A stretch of DNA of 64,000 bases from Sedimentisphaerales bacterium (GTDB lineage Bacteria > Planctomycetota > Phycisphaerae > Sedimentisphaerales > SM23-30): contig CAXXMR010000007.1 in the NCBI GenBank assembly GCA_963663805.2, positions 1 through 64,000 of the forward strand. The letters run 5' to 3'. Position numbers and translations under genes: made by a program. Position 1 is the first letter of the stretch. Every line of letters starts with the position of its first letter. This document shows, in pieces, positions 1-9,312 of the stretch. The notes under the pieces were generated by a model. The model searched no databases, was not told where the DNA came from, and saw only the letters and a list, made by a program, of their open reading frames with translations.

Positions 1-825
1 GATTTTGTCATAAGGTTCGGACCAGGCAGGGCTGTCGGAGTTTGTGGAGTCTTCCGCCGGGAACTCATAATCATCGTCGGGCTGCTGGTGCGGTCCGGCC
101 GGGGTTCGGGGCAGGACGGCTCCGATGATTATGCCGGTCAAGGCCAGGGCGGCCAGCAGGATTATTTGGGGCAGGGTAAAGCCGGCCCATTTTGGGTCAG
201 GCGGGTCAGGTGGAGTCGCGGTGAGTTTGGGAGTTCTCAGGGCGTTGGCATCCTGGTTGAGTCGGTCGAGTTCCTGTTTATGTTCGTCTATCTGGGTTTG
301 TAAGTTCTGTTGGTATTCCGGCCAGAGCTGGCGCTGGACCTGGGCCTCCAGGAGCTGGGTATGAAAATTGATTTCTGCCTTGATTTCCCGGCAGCGGCTT
401 TCGAGGCGGCGAAGTTTTTCGAGCAGTTTTTCGAGTTCCTGCCGGTCAGAGCTTTTTCCTGCCTGCAAGTCCAAGTCTTCGATTGCTTCTTTCAGGCCGG
501 TCAGTCGGGCTTTGGAATCTTTGATAATTCCGTCTTTTTCCAAGGCGTTTAGCAGGGTAGCTCGGCAGAAATCCTTGAATTCCGGGCAGAGGTCGGGATT
601 TTGGTCCATTTGATGGCGTAAGGCTACATTTTGGCAGGCTAATTCGCTTCGTTTTTTCTGGATTTGGCTGTTTTTTTGGTGATAATCGGCGTTAATTTTG
701 GGGTTGTTATTGTTTTCGGACGTTGGGCGGTCGGTTAATTTCAGAGTGTATATGCCCATTGCCAGCAGGATGACCGCCAGGCAGCAACCGGTGAACAGTC
801 GCAGTAAAATCGCCCCGATTCCCAT
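1..825 (-). CDS. Partial membrane protein, TM - coiled coil - Pro-rich - TM (Wzz/Wzc-like topology); runs off the left edge
   Basis: Manual translation from ATG at 825: MGIGAILLRLFTGCCLAVILLAMGIYTL...ELEKLLEKLRRLESR...TPPDPPDPKWAGFTLPQIILLAALALTGIIIGAVLP...; open to position 1; absent from the ORF track because it has no stop in the window. Confidence 0.65.
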   Translation of the reverse strand, partial: MGIGAILLRLFTGCCLAVILLAMGIYTLKLTDRPTSENNNNPKINADYHQKNSQIQKKRSELACQNVALRHQMDQNPDLCPEFKDFCRATLLNALEKDGIIKDSKARLTGLKEAIEDLDLQAGKSSDRQELEKLLEKLRRLESRCREIKAEINFHTQLLEAQVQRQLWPEYQQNLQTQIDEHKQELDRLNQDANALRTPKLTATPPDPPDPKWAGFTLPQIILLAALALTGIIIGAVLPRTPAGPHQQPDDDYEFPAEDSTNSDSPAWSEPYDKI

Positions 826-1228
826 CCTCACAGTTAAGTTCCTTATTTACAGGCATTTCCGCAACCACAATAATAATGGTTATTGTAGCGAATTTTGGTT
901 CGCTGGTCCAGAGTCTATCGAAGGCAGAAAAAAAGGTAGAAGGCAAGGGCGGCGTGTCGGCCCTAATTGTTTTTTAATAATAATCTCCTTGATTCTGGAT
1001 ATTTTTTGTGATACACTAAAGAACTTCCCTTTGTTTTGGGGGGCTGCCGCAAAACGACAGGGACCTGTGGAAGGTTAAAGGATGAATCTCCCGGTACGAA
1101 ATTGCCGAAGAAGGCGAGGATAGTATCGGTGCCTTTCGAGCAGGTATCAGTAAGTAGATTAATTGGGCTGAAAGTGTAATTTGGCCTTTGGGTAATTTGG
1201 TAAATAGAAAAGAAGTTGAGCTGTTAAA

Positions 1229-3319
1229 ATGTTGGGTAAGATAAGAAATATTGGTATATCGGCGCATATTGACTCGGGTAAAACTACGTTGAGCGAGCGC
1301 ATTCTCTTTTATTCCGGACGTATCCACCGCATGCAGGAAGTGCGCGGCGGCGAAGGCGGGGCGACCATGGACTTCATGGAGCTGGAAAAGGAGCGTGGTA
1401 TTACCATTACCTCAGCGGCGACGCAGGTGGACTGGAACCAACATCGGATAAATCTTATTGACACTCCCGGCCATGTGGATTTCACGGTTGAGGTGGAGCG
1501 TTCTTTGCGGGTTTTGGACGGGGCGATTATGGTGCTTTGTTCGGTGGGCGGGGTACAGAGTCAGTCGGTTACGGTTGACCGTCAGATGAAGCGTTATCGC
1601 GTGCCGCGTATCGCGTTTATCAATAAGATGGACCGTATCGGGGCTGACCCGGAACGCGTGCGTCAGGATATGGTTGAGAAGCTGGGCCTTAATGTTGTGC
1701 CGATTCAGCTCAATATGGGTTTGGGCGAGGATTTCGAAGGCGTTATTGATTTGGTAACGATGGAGGCTCTTTATTTTGAAGGTCAGGCAGGCGAGAAGGT
1801 ACAGGTTCGGGAGATTCCTGAGCAGTATCGTGAGGCCGCTGATTCTGCCCGCCATGAGATGCTCGAAGCGTTGAGCATGTTCAATGAAGAAATGATGGTT
1901 GCCCTGTTGGAAGACGAGGCAATTGACGAGAAGATAGTTAGTGAGACGATTCGTGAAGCTACTATCAATCGTGATATTGTTCCCATGATGATGGGTACGG
2001 CGTTCAAGAATAAGGGTGTTCAGCCTTTGATGAACGCGGTATGCAAGTATCTGCCCAGTCCGATAGACCGGACCGCTTTCGCACGTGACCACGATAACGA
2101 AGGTGCTGAGACTCCTTTGAACTGTGACCCGGAAGCCCCGCTGGTCGCTATGGCGTTCAAGATTACAGACGAGACTTTCGGGCAGTTGAGTTACACACGT
2201 GTTTATCAGGGACAGTTGGTTCGCAGTCAGCAGTATCGCAACGCCCGTACGAACAAAATGATTCGTGTTGGTCGTATTGTGCGGATGCACGCTAATGACC
2301 GTGAGGATGTGGAGGCTGCGGGGCCGGGCGACATTGTGGCATTGCTGGGTGTTGATTGTGCCAGTGGTGACACACTTTGCGGTGAGGGCATCAATTATTC
2401 ACTGGAGAGTATTTTTGTGGCTGACCCGGTAATCAGTCTTTCGGTTGTGCCGGCTAGTTCGGCTGACCAGGATAAGATGGCCAAGGCATTGAACCGTTTT
2501 ATGAAGGAAGACCCGACCTTTAGGGTTTCGACTGACCCGGAAACGGGTGAGACGGTTATCGCGGGTATGGGCGAGCTGCATCTGGATGTTTATATTGAAC
2601 GGATGAAGCGGGAATACAAAGCGGCGGTTACGGTGGGGGCTCCGAACGTTAGTTATCGTGAGGCACCGACGGTTGAAGCGGAATTTAATTATCGTCATAA
2701 AAAGCAGACCGGTGGTTCTGGTCAGTTCGCTCATGTGGTAGGGCGGTTGATTCCGCTGCCGGGCGATGCCGAAGAAGTTTATGAATTTGAAGACAATATT
2801 GTGGGCGGCAGGATTCCACGTGAGTACATTCCAGCGGTCAATAAGGGTTTTCAGTTGGCGACGAAGGAAGGGCCTGTAGCGGGTTATGAAATCGTGGGCT
2901 GCAAGATGTGTCTGGATGACGGTTCTTTCCACGCAGTGGATTCGAGCGAAATGGCGTTTCGGATTTGTGCCAAGGACGCATTCAAGGAAGCGTTCAAAAA
3001 ATCGCATCCTTGTTTGCAGGAGCCGATAATGCTGGTCGAAATCGAGACTCCGCAGGAATATCAGGGTGCTATTGTGGGCGATATTAACTCGCGGCGTGGA
3101 ATGATTCTGGAGACCGAAAACCGGGAGAATTACAGTATTATCCGGGCTGAGGTGCCGCTGGCGAATATGTTTGGTTATGCCACGGTGGTTCGTTCGCTGA
3201 GTAAGGGCATGGCCAGTTTCACGATGGAAATGTCGCGTTATGCTCAGGTGCCCAACCGGATCGCTGAAGAGATTATCGAAAGACGTCGCAAACTCAAACA
3301 GGAGATGGCTGGTAAGTAA
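1229..3319 (+). CDS. fusA: Elongation factor G
   Basis: AHIDSGKTT, ERGITI, DTPGHVDF, NKMD and GMGELHL motifs; 696 aa. Confidence 0.97.
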   Translation: MLGKIRNIGISAHIDSGKTTLSERILFYSGRIHRMQEVRGGEGGATMDFMELEKERGITITSAATQVDWNQHRINLIDTPGHVDFTVEVERSLRVLDGAIMVLCSVGGVQSQSVTVDRQMKRYRVPRIAFINKMDRIGADPERVRQDMVEKLGLNVVPIQLNMGLGEDFEGVIDLVTMEALYFEGQAGEKVQVREIPEQYREAADSARHEMLEALSMFNEEMMVALLEDEAIDEKIVSETIREATINRDIVPMMMGTAFKNKGVQPLMNAVCKYLPSPIDRTAFARDHDNEGAETPLNCDPEAPLVAMAFKITDETFGQLSYTRVYQGQLVRSQQYRNARTNKMIRVGRIVRMHANDREDVEAAGPGDIVALLGVDCASGDTLCGEGINYSLESIFVADPVISLSVVPASSADQDKMAKALNRFMKEDPTFRVSTDPETGETVIAGMGELHLDVYIERMKREYKAAVTVGAPNVSYREAPTVEAEFNYRHKKQTGGSGQFAHVVGRLIPLPGDAEEVYEFEDNIVGGRIPREYIPAVNKGFQLATKEGPVAGYEIVGCKMCLDDGSFHAVDSSEMAFRICAKDAFKEAFKKSHPCLQEPIMLVEIETPQEYQGAIVGDINSRRGMILETENRENYSIIRAEVPLANMFGYATVVRSLSKGMASFTMEMSRYAQVPNRIAEEIIERRRKLKQEMAGK

Positions 3320-3349
3320 GCCGCTCTGTTTTGAGATAATCATAGAATA

Positions 3350-3388
3350 TCGGCCGGAGTTGTAATTGCAGCTTCGGTCGATTTTTTT
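3350..3388 (+). terminator. Rho-independent terminator after fusA
   Basis: tcggccggagttgtaattgcagcttcggtcga hairpin followed by a T run. Confidence 0.7.
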
Positions 3389-3461
3389 TGTATGATGCAG
3401 GAGTGAACGGTGTGGATTTTGAGTAGTGGCGGTTTTAGGGGGTTTATGGTATACTCGATAT

Positions 3462-4640
3462 ATGAAATTTGACAGGCAAAGTGCGATTTTGGTTACCTGC
3501 GGGCCTACGCTGCCGGGGTATTTGCGTTCGGAGGTTGAGGCTCTGGGGTATAGGGTTGTTTCGGATAATCCCGGCGGGCTCGAGATTCGGGGGGATATGT
3601 TCGACGCGATGCGCCTTAATCTGCATTTGCGGACGGCGTATAATGTGCTTTATCTGGTCAGGCAGTTCAAGTGTAATTCGCCGGAGCAGTTGTATAAGCA
3701 GACCCGGCTGATTGGCTGGGAGGATATAATCCCCGCCGACCAGTATTTTTCGATTGTGAATCGGGTTGATACACCGTCGATTAAGAATACCATGTTCGCC
3801 AGTCTCAAGGCCAAGGATGCGATTGTGGACCGGATAATGGCTAAGTGCGGGTCGAGGCCTGACTCCGGCTCGGACCGGCATAGGATAGTTTTGCAGATGT
3901 TCTGGAAGAATGACCAGTGCTGGTTTTATATCAATACCAGCGGGCAGAAACTTTCGGATCGCGGCTATCGCAAGATGCCGCACCGGGCGCCCATGCGGGA
4001 GTCGCTGGCGGCGGCGGTGCTGAGGGCGGCGGAATATGACGGGACGGTTCCGTTTATGAATCCGATGTGCGGCAGTGGTACGCTGGCGATTGAAGTGGCG
4101 CTTACTGCCACGCGGCGGCCGGCGGGTCTGCTGCGGACGAGTTTTGGCTTTCAATATCTCAAGGATTTCGACGCTGAGGCCTGGAAGACCCTGCGGATTG
4201 AAACGCAGAAAGAAGCGAAGAAGCTGGCTAAGAATTTTGAGCCGCCGCGGATAATCGCTACGGATAATGACCCGAAGGCATTGGAGGCGGCGCGAAGCAA
4301 TGCCCAGACCGCGGGAGTGGACCATCTGATAGAGTTTGGCGAATGTGATTTCGCGGACACGCCGCTAACCGCTCAGCCGGGCCTTATCATGATGAACCCC
4401 GAATACGGCAAGCGGCTGGGCGAGATCGCCGAGCTTGAAAAAACGTATAAGAGAATCGGCGACTATTTCAAGAGCCATTGTGCCGGGCATACAGGATATA
4501 TCTTCACCGGAAACATGGACCTGGCCAAAAAAGTCGGCCTGAGGACCTCACGAAAAATCCCGTTCATGAACGGCGATATCGAGTGTCGGTTGTTGAAATA
4601 CGAATTATATCGAGGCACACGAAAAAACAAAGACGTTTGA
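3462..4640 (+). CDS. THUMP-domain rRNA methyltransferase (RlmL/RlmK N-terminal-like)
   Basis: SGQKLSDRGYR, APMRESLAAA, NPMCGSGT and MNPEYGKRL motifs; ATG 3462 preferred over GTG 3426. Confidence 0.88.
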   Translation: MKFDRQSAILVTCGPTLPGYLRSEVEALGYRVVSDNPGGLEIRGDMFDAMRLNLHLRTAYNVLYLVRQFKCNSPEQLYKQTRLIGWEDIIPADQYFSIVNRVDTPSIKNTMFASLKAKDAIVDRIMAKCGSRPDSGSDRHRIVLQMFWKNDQCWFYINTSGQKLSDRGYRKMPHRAPMRESLAAAVLRAAEYDGTVPFMNPMCGSGTLAIEVALTATRRPAGLLRTSFGFQYLKDFDAEAWKTLRIETQKEAKKLAKNFEPPRIIATDNDPKALEAARSNAQTAGVDHLIEFGECDFADTPLTAQPGLIMMNPEYGKRLGEIAELEKTYKRIGDYFKSHCAGHTGYIFTGNMDLAKKVGLRTSRKIPFMNGDIECRLLKYELYRGTRKNKDV

Positions 4641-4671
4641 AAATCGATTTTCAATCGTCAGATTCTTTGAC

Positions 4672-5568
4672 TTACCAATACTTGTAATGTATTACAGCCA
4701 CGACTATCTGTACTATTACAATTAACACCAACCATGCCCAGAAACATATTATTGAGAATTTTTTGAATTTCAGTTTACATGATTTTAGGTATGGATCGTC
4801 AAGTTCTTTAATAGATTCAGCGGCTTCTCTCCTGTCTGCATATGAAAGTTTTTTTTGTTTTCTCCATAGATCAAGGTTTTTCCACAGGTCCGGGTAGTTC
4901 CTTCTTAAATGTGTATTTGTTCTTATCGCGTCATATAGAAAATATAATGCGTGCAAGACCACAAAGGGGAAAAAGCTGAACATGGTAATGCCCAGATACC
5001 ACGGATATCCTTTAATCGCAAGCCATAGTAGTGTTATGAAAATACTTCCCGCAATAAGAGCTATAATTGAGTAGCGTCTCAAATTGATATTAGGCACAAG
5101 TGATTTAATGCCACACTGTTTACCTGAATTGCTTTCTTTGTCGGATTGATGGTACTTTTTCAAATAAGAATAGAATATCGCGATATTGATTGAATAAATA
5201 AGCATCCAGGCTCCTGAAAAGTCTCTGAAAACAGAAGTTGATGAATTGTCTACATGCTTACCCATTCCAGTTATCAAAAATATAACAAAACTAATAGCAG
5301 CATATAAAAAGAAAATGCTTACCATTCTTCTTGCCCACATCGGACAATTCTCGAAAATCGCCATCCAAAACTCTTTCTTCTCAGTGCCTTGGATTATTTT
5401 CTGAGAAGCTAGAAACGCGAAGAATCCCAATATTATCCCTGTGCCATGTAACATCATCACAATGCCGTCAATATCATAAAAGAAATCATCAGGAGCAAAG
5501 ATAGAGGTGATGTGTACAGCGATGCTGAGTATTAGTCCTGTCCAGGCTGCTATATAGAGTGCTTCCAT
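4672..5568 (-). CDS. Hypothetical multi-pass membrane protein, AT-rich
   Basis: 298-aa ORF with about 7 hydrophobic segments. Confidence 0.7.
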   Translation of the reverse strand: MEALYIAAWTGLILSIAVHITSIFAPDDFFYDIDGIVMMLHGTGIILGFFAFLASQKIIQGTEKKEFWMAIFENCPMWARRMVSIFFLYAAISFVIFLITGMGKHVDNSSTSVFRDFSGAWMLIYSINIAIFYSYLKKYHQSDKESNSGKQCGIKSLVPNINLRRYSIIALIAGSIFITLLWLAIKGYPWYLGITMFSFFPFVVLHALYFLYDAIRTNTHLRRNYPDLWKNLDLWRKQKKLSYADRREAAESIKELDDPYLKSCKLKFKKFSIICFWAWLVLIVIVQIVVAVIHYKYW

Positions 5569-5763
5569 TTTATTGTTGGCCCAGTCAATCGTATCTTTAA
5601 CAGTAGAATTTCCTGATTGGCAGTTATATTACCCTGAAATTTGCCCCTGCTTCAATCAAAAACCATCTTCGGTTTGTTTTTTCATTCTTGCCAGATGGTC
5701 TTGTTGTCTTTAGAATGCTGTTTGTTTGTCGGTCGATTACGTTTTAACGAAAGGAATCTGGAT

Positions 5764-6543
5764 ATGAAACAGTCTTTAGTGCTTAGTGTCGTGGTGATGT
5801 TAGTATTGGTTTTTGGTTCGGTTTTGCCGGCTGAGGACTCTGGTGTCGATGGGCAGGAGACTAAGTTTATGCTGGGTTTGGGGGCTTTGAGTACTTGCAG
5901 TGAATATAAGGGAGTTGATACGGAAGTTATGCCTCTGCCGTTAGTTATGTACGATGACGGCAAGTTTTTCTGGTATGGTATCGCCGGCGGGTATCGCCTG
6001 TGGCAGGAGGGGATATGGACTCTTTCGCCGGAAGTTAATATTCGTATGAATGGTTATGACGCTGACGACAGCCATGTTTTTGGCGGCATGAGCGACCGCA
6101 AGAGCGGGCTTGACGCGGGGTTGGCGATTTCGGCGATGACCGAAATTGGAATGTTTCGTCTGGCGGGGATGTTCGATGTGACCGGCCGGAGTAAGGGCCA
6201 GGAAGTGCGGTTGAGCTATACGCTGATGTTTAAGCCGCTGGATAAACTTTCAATCGCTCCTTCGCTGGGTGCGGCATGGCAGAATACTCAGAAAACCGAT
6301 TACTACTACGGTGTAAGATGGAGCGAGGACAATACCGACGACGGCGGCGACCGACCACGCTACCACGCTGACGATGAGACCAATGTGTTTGTGGGCGTGA
6401 ACGCGGTTTATGAACTGGCCGAGAAATGGAACCTCTACGGTATGGTCTACTACGAATGGCTGGGCGATGAAATCACCGGCAGCCCGCTGGTTGACCAGCA
6501 TTATAATGTCTCGACCGTACTGGGAGTGGCGTATAAGTTCTAA
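5764..6543 (+). CDS. MipA/OmpV family outer-membrane protein
   Basis: Signal peptide, YKGVD..PLPLV, DYYYGV and SPLVD motifs, C-terminal ..GVAYKF beta-signal. Confidence 0.88.
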   Translation: MKQSLVLSVVVMLVLVFGSVLPAEDSGVDGQETKFMLGLGALSTCSEYKGVDTEVMPLPLVMYDDGKFFWYGIAGGYRLWQEGIWTLSPEVNIRMNGYDADDSHVFGGMSDRKSGLDAGLAISAMTEIGMFRLAGMFDVTGRSKGQEVRLSYTLMFKPLDKLSIAPSLGAAWQNTQKTDYYYGVRWSEDNTDDGGDRPRYHADDETNVFVGVNAVYELAEKWNLYGMVYYEWLGDEITGSPLVDQHYNVSTVLGVAYKF

Positions 6544-6632
6544 GCAGGCTATACTTTTATGAAGTAGATTTAATCACGACGCAGGGCGAGGTAAGATTCG
6601 TCCTGCGTTGGTTTGTATGAGAGGATAAAAAA

Positions 6633-6896
6633 ATGTGTTTGGCGGTGCCGGGTAAAGTTGTGGAAATCAAAGAAGCTCAGCCCGGAGTGGTGGGGCAGTT
6701 AGCTATGGTTGATTTTCAGGGTAATAAGGTTGAGGTTTCGCTGGCGATGGTGCCCGAGGCCGAGCTGGGCAGTTGGGTGCTGGTTCACGCGGGCTTCGCG
6801 ATAAATGTTCTGGATGAGCAGGAGGCCGCCGAGACCTGGCAATCGCTTAAGGAGGCGGGGCTGGATTTGGAAATACCAGGTTCGAGTGACAACTAA
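6633..6896 (+). CDS. hypC: Hydrogenase maturation chaperone HypC
   Basis: MCLAVPG start; WVLVHAGFA. Confidence 0.96.
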   Translation: MCLAVPGKVVEIKEAQPGVVGQLAMVDFQGNKVEVSLAMVPEAELGSWVLVHAGFAINVLDEQEAAETWQSLKEAGLDLEIPGSSDN

Positions 6897-7969
6897 TGAC
6901 GATAGCAACGCAGATTAATCCGATTATCGAGGAGATCGAGGCTTTGTGCCGCGATCTGGGGATGGTTCAGCTTATGGAAATATGCGGGACGCATACGGTC
7001 TCGCTGTTCAAGACGGGGATAAAATCTTTACTGCCGGAAAATTTGCGTCTGGTGAGCGGGCCGGGCTGTCCGGTTTGTGTTACCAGTCAGGGGTATATCG
7101 ACGCGGCTTGTGCATTGGCAGGCCGTAACGATGTTACTATTTGCACTTACGGCGATATGATTCGCGTGCCGGGTTCAGGTGGTTCGCTGGAGGATTTACG
7201 GGCGCGGCAGGGGGCGGATATCATGATTGTCTATTCGGCACGGGAAGTGGTGAGCTCTGCCCGGAAACATCCAGACAGAAAATTTGTTTTTCTGGCCGTT
7301 GGTTTTGAGACAACCACGCCCGCGACGGCGGCAGCGGTTAAAGAAGCCGACGCTCTGGGCGTTGAGAATGTTTTTTTTCTGTGTGGCCATAAATTGGTTA
7401 TGCCCGCGATGAACGCGTTACTGGCAGAAGGTGAAGTGCCGATAGACGGCTTTTTGTGTCCGGGCCATGTGAGCATTATCATTGGCGAGCAGGCCTATAA
7501 ACCGGTGGCTGGCGATTATGGTAAGCCCTGCGTGGTGGCGGGTTTTGAGCCGATGCAGTTAGCGAACGGGATTTTGTTTTTACTGCGTCAGTTGGCCCAG
7601 GGACGCTCGGAAGTAGAAAATGTTTACGGTGTGGCGGTTAAAGGGGCGGGTAACAAAGTAGCCCTGCAACTGATAGACGAAGTTTTTGAACCAGCCGGCG
7701 CTGTCTGGCGGGCAATGGGCGTTATTCCGGGCAGTGGGCTGGATTTGCGGGGCTCGTATAAGAAATATGATGCTTTGGCACATTTCGGGATAGAGCTGGG
7801 ACCCGATGTTGAGCCTCCGGGCTGTCTGTGCGGATTAGTGATTCAGGGTAAGGCAACGCCCGCGGACTGTAAGTTGTTCGACACGGGCTGTACGCCTGTC
7901 AAGCCGATTGGCCCTTGCATGGTCAGCAGTGAAGGCACTTGTGCTGCCTGGTATAAATACAATCGTTGA
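6896..7969 (+). CDS. hypD: Hydrogenase maturation protein HypD
   Basis: MEICGTHT, SGPGCPVCVT, GFETT, PGHVS and GPCMVSSEGTCAA motifs. Confidence 0.97.
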   Translation: MTIATQINPIIEEIEALCRDLGMVQLMEICGTHTVSLFKTGIKSLLPENLRLVSGPGCPVCVTSQGYIDAACALAGRNDVTICTYGDMIRVPGSGGSLEDLRARQGADIMIVYSAREVVSSARKHPDRKFVFLAVGFETTTPATAAAVKEADALGVENVFFLCGHKLVMPAMNALLAEGEVPIDGFLCPGHVSIIIGEQAYKPVAGDYGKPCVVAGFEPMQLANGILFLLRQLAQGRSEVENVYGVAVKGAGNKVALQLIDEVFEPAGAVWRAMGVIPGSGLDLRGSYKKYDALAHFGIELGPDVEPPGCLCGLVIQGKATPADCKLFDTGCTPVKPIGPCMVSSEGTCAAWYKYNR

Positions 7970-7979
7970 GGGTTTAACA

Positions 7980-8336
7980 ATGCACGAAATGGCGATAGCG
8001 GAACCGCTTCTGGAACAGATATTGGAGATTGCCCGTGAAAATGAAGCTAAGCGGGTCGAGGAGGTGCTGATTGAGGTGGGGCTGATGCGGCAGGTCGTGC
8101 CAGAGGCGCTGGAGATGGCGTTTCTGGAGCTGAGCAGAGGGACCGCCGCGGAAAACGCAAAATTGATACAGGTCGAGGTTCCTATCAAAGCCAGATGTCA
8201 TAAATGTGACGCAGAGTTCGGGGCAGGCCCGGAAAGTTTTCAATGTCCGAAATGCGGGCAGGCGGATGTGGAAATAATCGCGGGGGGTGATATAATTCTT
8301 AAATCATTGACATGCGAACAGGAGGACGTGAATTGA
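7980..8336 (+). CDS. hypA: Nickel metallochaperone HypA
   Basis: MHE start; CxxC...CPxC zinc motifs. Confidence 0.95.
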   Translation: MHEMAIAEPLLEQILEIARENEAKRVEEVLIEVGLMRQVVPEALEMAFLELSRGTAAENAKLIQVEVPIKARCHKCDAEFGAGPESFQCPKCGQADVEIIAGGDIILKSLTCEQEDVN

Positions 8337-8983
8337 AGATTAAGGTTGTAGAAAATATTATGAAGTCCAACGATGCCCAGGCCGCGGAGAATCGCCAGCG
8401 GCTCAACGTAGCCGGCGTGCTGTGTCTGAATATTCTTAGTGGACCGGGCAGCGGTAAGACCACGTTGCTGGAAAAGACCCTTGAACTTCTGGGTCCGGAA
8501 CGTTGTGCGGTTATGGTGGGGGATTTGCAGACGACCCGTGACGCAGAGCGGTTGGGTGCTTCCGGTGCCGAGAGTATTCAGATAAATACGGGCAAGGGCT
8601 GTCATCTTTCGGCGGCCCAGGTCGCTCGTGGCCTCGAACAACTGGATTTGTCGAAGATCGATTACCTTTTTATAGAAAATGTAGGAAATATGGTCTGCCC
8701 AGCGGGCCACGATTTGGGCGAGCATAAAAAGGTTGTACTGCTGAGTCTCCCGGAAGGTGATGACAAGGTCGCTAAGTATTGGACGTTGTTCCAGGGTGCC
8801 GATTTGATTATGCTCAGCAAAATTGATTTGCTGGAATATCTGGATTTTGACTTTGAGCGGGTTCGCGAGGACATCAGCAAACTAAACGGCAAAGCCCCGC
8901 TTATTGAGATTTCGTCTAAATTAGGAAAAGGTCTGGAACAATGGTTGAGTTGGCTGGGCGAGGTCGCTAAACTCTTAGGCTGA
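8333..8983 (+). CDS. hypB: Nickel-insertion GTPase HypB
   Basis: SGPGSGKTT, GKGCHL, ENVGNMVCPA and SKID motifs; TTG start overlaps the hypA stop, with GGAGG upstream. Confidence 0.94.
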   Translation: MKIKVVENIMKSNDAQAAENRQRLNVAGVLCLNILSGPGSGKTTLLEKTLELLGPERCAVMVGDLQTTRDAERLGASGAESIQINTGKGCHLSAAQVARGLEQLDLSKIDYLFIENVGNMVCPAGHDLGEHKKVVLLSLPEGDDKVAKYWTLFQGADLIMLSKIDLLEYLDFDFERVREDISKLNGKAPLIEISSKLGKGLEQWLSWLGEVAKLLG

Positions 8984-9019
8984 AAAGAAAAAATCCGCTG
9001 TGTGGTTTTTTGCGGAAGG

Positions 9020-9037
9020 CTGTGAAAAGATTCACAA
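9020..9037. promoter_or_regulatory. Rex-type operator (also fits the CRP/FNR geometry) upstream of hoxF
   Basis: CTGTGAAAAGATTCACAA versus the Rex consensus TTGTGAAnnnnTTCACAA, one mismatch. Confidence 0.65.
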
Positions 9038-9312
9038 CTTCACAATGTTTGGAGAGGCGAAGTCGTGAAGTTTTGTCGGGGTGGTTTCCGCAATAGTAGT
9101 AGTTTTGGTTGGACCATCTGTACTGTCCAATCAGGCATAACGAGATAACATGTGACGGCGGAACGTTCGTGAAAAACTGAACAGGTTGTTTTCGGTAAAG
9201 AAAATTGGACGAGAAGTCGAAGTAATATCGGCTGTTGGTTATAAACCAGATAATGTCACAGGGCTGAGAAGATGTGGATAATGAAGCCCCTAACCAAATC
9301 AGAGGTACACTT

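Noticed and set aside
88..1078. Short + strand ORFs at the window start
   Set aside because: Shadows of the - strand ORF 825..<1, which has a coherent TM/coiled-coil structure.
1412..4325. Long - strand ORFs (1412-2290, 2399-3343, 3444-4325)
   Set aside because: Antisense shadows of fusA and the methyltransferase, with no recognisable motifs.
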